A stretch of DNA of 11,492 bases from NCBI GenBank assembly GCA_963693365.1, contig CAVNZM010000085.1, forward strand, positions 1-11,492, given 5' to 3'. Below are positions 7,802 through 11,492 of the stretch, one piece after another. The translations under genes and the position numbers were made by a program. The notes beneath the pieces were generated by a model. It saw only the letters and a list, made by a program, of their open reading frames with translations. It was not told the DNA's origin and made no database searches. Numbering within the stretch: position 1 is the first letter of the stretch; every line of letters begins with the position of its first letter. This stretch comes from Amoebidium appalachense. Its lineage: Eukaryota > Protista > Ichthyosporea.

Positions 7802-8098
7802 ACCTTCCGAAGAGATAGTTTGGAGCGCCCCCTCCCCAGCAATCGGGGAGCACACACAGACATTATGCATCGCAGTGCTAATGGAACCTAAAAACCGCTG
7901 GGACGTAGGGCGCGCCAAGACGGAGGACGCACTGCTACAATGATCTTTGGCAACCTTGTTTTTCTTTGTCATATATATGGTCAATTTGATAGCTGTTCGA
8001 TCTTGTGTCCAGACCGGTGGTTGTAAAAGGCAACAACAACAACCCACTGCAAGTGTCACAAAGGGCACGCTGTGGGTGCACTAACACAAACAACAAGA

Positions 8099-8170
8099 CC
8101 CCCCCCCCTGAGCGCCAGCACGCGGCAAGCAGCACGAGCAGCACCATGCATGCAAGCGCTACGGTCCACA
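8099..8170 (-). pseudogene. Duplicated 3' fragment of the transmembrane-protein gene
   Basis: 8115-8161 matches 7561-7608 with one substitution and a 1-bp deletion; both copies are adjacent to a poly-C run. Confidence 0.7.
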
Positions 8171-8204
8171 ACACAGGTGTGGAAGAGGAAGTGGCAATTT
8201 TTAT

Positions 8205-8635
8205 TTACTCCTCGTGTTCAGCCCGGCTGCGCTTCTCGGTGGGCACCGAAGTGTCCTCGGGCGACCGCGCGCGCTTCTTCTCGGGGGGCTTCTTGTGGTG
8301 GCGCTCCTCCTCGGAGCTCAAGATGCGAATGGGGCGCTCCTCGGTGGGGGACTCCTCGGCGGAGGTCTCGGGGTCGCTGAGGTTCTTCAGGCTCCTCCAT
8401 GTCATACGGTACAGGCTCACGCTGGTCTTGAGGCGCTTGTACTTCTTGTGCAGCAACTTGTACTTGAGCTGCATCTCCCGCCGCTGGCGCGCGCACGGTA
8501 GCGGTCACGCTTTGCCTCCTCGTACAGGTACTGCTGCCATTCGGGAGGCCACGTGGCAAATGACCCTGGGGGCCGTGGACTGGCAGGCTGCCCGGCTGGG
8601 TCAGGGCCGGCCTTTGCAGATGGTGTGCCGGACAT
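8205..8635 (-). CDS. Hypothetical protein (basic coiled-coil-like core, charged tail, NLS-like PPEKKRAR) split by a frameshift at (GC)4, 8487-8494; about 142 aa if repaired
   Basis: ORF from ATG 8635 (…WQQYLYEEAKRDRYRAR) joins QRREMQLKYKLLHKKYKRLK… if one GC unit is removed. The TAA stop overlaps a minus-strand AATAAA. Confidence 0.6.
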
Positions 8636-8728
8636 TGTCGGTGAAGAGAAACAGGAAGAGTGAAAAGTGTCAGCATAGCGCTGAGTCGCGGCTTTAATTG
8701 CCTGCCAGGCTGACAGCTATCGCGTTTT

Positions 8729-8959
8729 GATTGGATGGACATGATATATCTGATCGAGTCAAAATTGACCAATTACAAGAGACGATCGGAATTTATATGT
8801 ACTATCCAATCGCGACTGACCATTCAGCGCGTGAGACGTAATCTATCAATAAGATGATCTCCAATCAGATCGCGCCGTGGGCATGCCATACCAGTGCTTT
8901 ACTGACCGGAGAGCCACATATAAAAGCGCTAGGTCGAGGCTGATCCCTGTCACTTTCAC
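8729..8959. promoter_or_regulatory. Divergent promoter region with CCAAT boxes, TATA box and Inr-like element
   Basis: GATTGG 8729, CCAAT 8806, CCAATCAGATC 8861-8871, TATAAAAGCG 8919-8928, and TCACTTT at 8950-8956 about 30 nt downstream of the TATA box. Confidence 0.6.
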
Positions 8960-8995
8960 TATCCTCTCATTCGGGCGCGCGCTCTCACTACAGAA

Positions 8996-10368
8996 ATGTT
9001 CCACACAAGTTTTCGTCCACGCACTGGAATTGACAATCCAGTTAAACGGTGCGGGCTTTTACCATTCGCCGTCCGCCTCCATTACTCGGATGCCAAGGAT
9101 CAGTATGACGCCATTGTCTATGCGCTGAACGACAAATTTCAGCTCGAAAAGACCGTTGTCAGGGCCCACATGCTGGACATTGGAAGAGACGGCGACCTCC
9201 GCATCTTCGACACAAAGGAGCTCTTTGATGATTTCCGTTCAGCCTTTGAGAATGAGATGTCCTTTGTGCCGACACGGTTGCAAACCCTCCTGGGGCAGGA
9301 GGGGCTTGAGGAGGCTGCGCGACACCTCCTGCTTAAGCATAGGCACTCTCTCGCATTCCCGTTCTACACCGCCTTCCAGCGCTACGTCCTAGGGGCGGCG
9401 GACTATGACGCGTTTTATGAGGGCAAAATCTGCGACGGGGTTGGCAGCTTTTTCCTGCTGACGGTGAGGGCGCTGTGCAAGCGGTCCGGTCTGACAGCCC
9501 GTCCCATCGCATACTTCAGCCAACAGCCAGTCGATTCCCCCTTGGGTGTGTTTACATCCAGCGTTGGGGAAGATGCCATGGACGACGTTGTGTTCTGTGA
9601 ATTGGCTGAACGTGCCATCCAGCACTTTGTGGACAAGTTACCGTCCACGTCGTGTCTCGCCAAGGAGCCCCCTACCCACCCCCCCGAGCCGATAGATTCT
9701 TTGTCCAAACACCAGATCGTCGTCCACACCTTCGATGCCCACTTGCATTTGCAATCGGACCCCGCTCTGCGACCTGATGCTGAAAGTTCTCCACGACAGA
9801 GACCTCCGTGTCTTTTCCAACAGGGAGCGCTACATGAAATGGGACGCGGTCCTGGCGGAGGAGGTGCGTATTATAGTTGAACGGACACAGAGGGGGGACC
9901 CAACGGTGACGAGGGCCGACCGCAATAAGGCTGTGTACTTCACGGGGGTCAGGCACTTCGCGGTCTTCCAGCGCTACGTGGTGCGGGGAGCCGGACTACA
10001 CTGCCGCGCACGCAGGCAACCTCAGCAGGGGAGCCGAAACCGTCATGAAGATGGCGATGCGGGTACTGTGCGAGTCTGCCGGCCTCACCCCATGCACCAT
10101 GGACGAAATGGCTCGGCGGCGTGCGAGGATGGCAAGCCCTAACTATTGGCTCGCGCTGGACATCGAGCAACTGTGTCTGATTGACTGGTGCAACCGGGCC
10201 ATCAAGCACTTCGTCGATCAGCTGCCGTCGTCGGTGTGTCTGGCCTGCGGCGCTACCCGTTGCACCAAGAAGTGCTCAGCCTGCAGGCGCGCATACTACT
10301 GCAATGAGGCCTGCCAGATTACGCATTGGCATGAGCACAGGGAGGAATGCCAGAGGCAGGACCATTAG
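8996..10368 (+). pseudogene. Protein with two tandem copies of an unknown domain of roughly 180-200 aa plus a C-terminal MYND zinc finger; two +1 frameshifts (about 9752 and 9981); about 456 aa if repaired
   Basis: MYND motif CLAC...KKCSACRRAYYCNEACQITHWHEHREEC. Internal repeat pairs: RDGDLRIF/HDRDLRVF, FQRYVLGAADY/FQRYV-GEPDY, RALCKRSGLT/RVLCESAGLT, RAIQHFVDKLPSTSCLA/RAIKHFVDQLPSSVCLA, spread over three frames. Confidence 0.8.
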
Positions 10369-10469
10369 AGGATAGAAAACTCATGGGTTGGACTCGTACA
10401 TTGGTGTGATCTCGCAGGACCATTAGAGGATAGAAAACTCATGGGTTGGACTCGTACATTGGTGTGATC
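10356..10469. repeat. Perfect 56-bp direct repeat x2 (58-bp period)
   Basis: 10356-10411 equals 10414-10469 and includes the MYND gene stop codon. Confidence 0.95.
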
Positions 10470-10514
10470 CTGGGTTTTGTTATGCACATTGTTTTGTATT
10501 AAAAAACTTCTATG

Positions 10515-10582
10515 ATAAAATGTGGGGATTTTTGACATCAGGCAAAATAAAATGTGGGGATTTTTCACATCAGAAAAATAAA
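10515..10582. repeat. Imperfect 32-bp tandem repeat x2 carrying polyadenylation signals
   Basis: ATAAAATGTGGGGATTTTT(G/C)ACATCAG at 10515 and 10547; AATAAA at 10546-10551 and 10577-10582. Confidence 0.85.
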
Positions 10583-10590
10583 CATAAACA

Positions 10591-11060
10591 TCAGTGCACC
10601 TTGTGGCGCTTTACTCGCACGCTCTGTCGGAGCACCAGTCTCCGGTATTTCGGCATGAACTCATCGGCATACACGTACTTTTTTATACGCCTCTGACCTC
10701 TCTTTTTCGACCGACCTCTTCGGTGTGACATGCCCCTCCCCCGGAAAATGTCCGCATCCGACTCCAAAAGCACCCTGTCTAGTGAAACCACTTTCTCCGC
10801 TTGCACCCAGCCGCGCACAGGTTGCTGGTCCACGCACCCTCCTCGAGCTCGAGGGACACCTTGCGCCACCCGGATTCTGCGCGCTTGATCTCGCACGCCA
10901 CCACAATGTCTCCCGGTCGCACACCTGCGGTCCACATGCTTGTGCAACAGCGCACGCTCAGCACCTCACACACCGTGTCGGGCCCACGTACACACACGCC
11001 GAAACACGCAAGCGCGCACTCGTGGTCATGCAGCGCCTCGAGAACTGGCACCTTGCGAAT
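10591..11060 (-). pseudogene. Possible frameshifted gene with SH3-like motifs and a basic C-terminal tail; start uncertain
   Basis: One frame gives EALHDHE...VRPGDIVV...SGWRKVSL; the adjacent frame continues PVRGWVQAEKVVSL...RRGRSKKRGQRRIKK. Junction near 10830-10850. Confidence 0.3.
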
Positions 11061-11095
11061 GAGTGTGCGCCGACGCAGGCGGGGACTCTGGAGGG

Positions 11096-11105
11096 TATAA
11101 AAGCG
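11096..11105 (+). promoter_or_regulatory. TATA box
   Basis: TATAAAAGCG, identical to 8919-8928, 59 nt upstream of ATG 11155. Confidence 0.6.
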
Positions 11106-11154
11106 TGTGTCTGACACGGGGAGCTGCCAGTCTGAATCTGCACCAGAACCGACC

Positions 11155-11492
11155 ATGGCTTTTGAGCAGGACCTGAAGCTATTTGTCAATCGGCTGTCGC
11201 TGCTTGTATCCAGCATGACGTTCGACTCGAACGGCGCCGGCAGGGTGGCGAGACGGCCGCTACAGCTCCACGCAAGACTCGGCAAGGGCGACACGATGCT
11301 GTCGGACACGATGCTGCCGCTGCAGTCGGTGGAAACGTCGAACAGGACTGGACTCAACCACCTGGTGTTTTCGACGTGTCCACTGGAGGGGGCCGGGGAT
11401 GCGGTGACCATCGACCTGGATTGGGGCAAGTCGTTTCGGCTGACCTGGGAGCGCTGGGACACCACGCTGTCGCTGCTGCCACCGAGGGATCC
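11155..11492 (+). CDS. Hypothetical protein, truncated by the window edge (not in the ORF track)
   Basis: ACC-ATG-G start after a TATA box; frame stays open for 112 codons to the end (MAFEQDLKLFVNRLSLLVSSMTFDSNG...DWGKSFRLTWERWDTTLSLLPPRD). Confidence 0.7.
   Translation, partial: MAFEQDLKLFVNRLSLLVSSMTFDSNGAGRVARRPLQLHARLGKGDTMLSDTMLPLQSVETSNRTGLNHLVFSTCPLEGAGDAVTIDLDWGKSFRLTWERWDTTLSLLPPRD

Noticed and set aside
8005-8697. 230-aa plus-strand ORF
   Set aside because: Antisense shadow of the 8205-8635 gene and the duplicated fragment; no motifs.
10356-10469. Possible CRISPR array
   Set aside because: Only two 56-bp units separated by 2 bp; no unique spacers and no cas genes.
11290-11319. 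15-bp in-frame tandem duplication (DTMLS/DTMLP)
   Set aside because: Real but minor slippage event that preserves the frame; no wider significance evident.
10779-11465. 228-aa minus-strand ORF as a single gene
   Set aside because: Its first half is the antisense shadow of the TATA/Kozak-supported plus-strand gene at 11155; only the distal part was kept as tentative.

Overview
Gene-dense, apparently intronless window with eukaryotic-type signals (TATA boxes, CCAAT boxes, Kozak-like starts, AATAAA after or overlapping stops). The gene mix suggests a large eukaryotic dsDNA virus or a viral/mobile element endogenised in a eukaryote; this is inference, as no capsid or polymerase hallmark is present. 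Left to right: C2HC zinc-finger protein (-), Fic-domain protein overlapping a patatin-like phospholipase (+), PD-(D/E)XK nuclease (-) divergent from a primase-less SF3/D5-like helicase (+), six-finger C2H2 protein, small tail-anchored membrane protein, small basic/acidic protein, a two-repeat + MYND-finger gene, a possible SH3-like gene, and a gene running off the right edge. Most notable: the divergent nuclease and helicase share a homologous C-terminal winged-helix-like domain and are embedded in a dispersed family of G-rich/GTGCCTCGC repeats in direct and inverted orientation, a candidate replication/mobility module. Up to five frameshifts split otherwise coherent genes (decay or indel sequencing errors). 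All family calls are by motif recognition, not database search.
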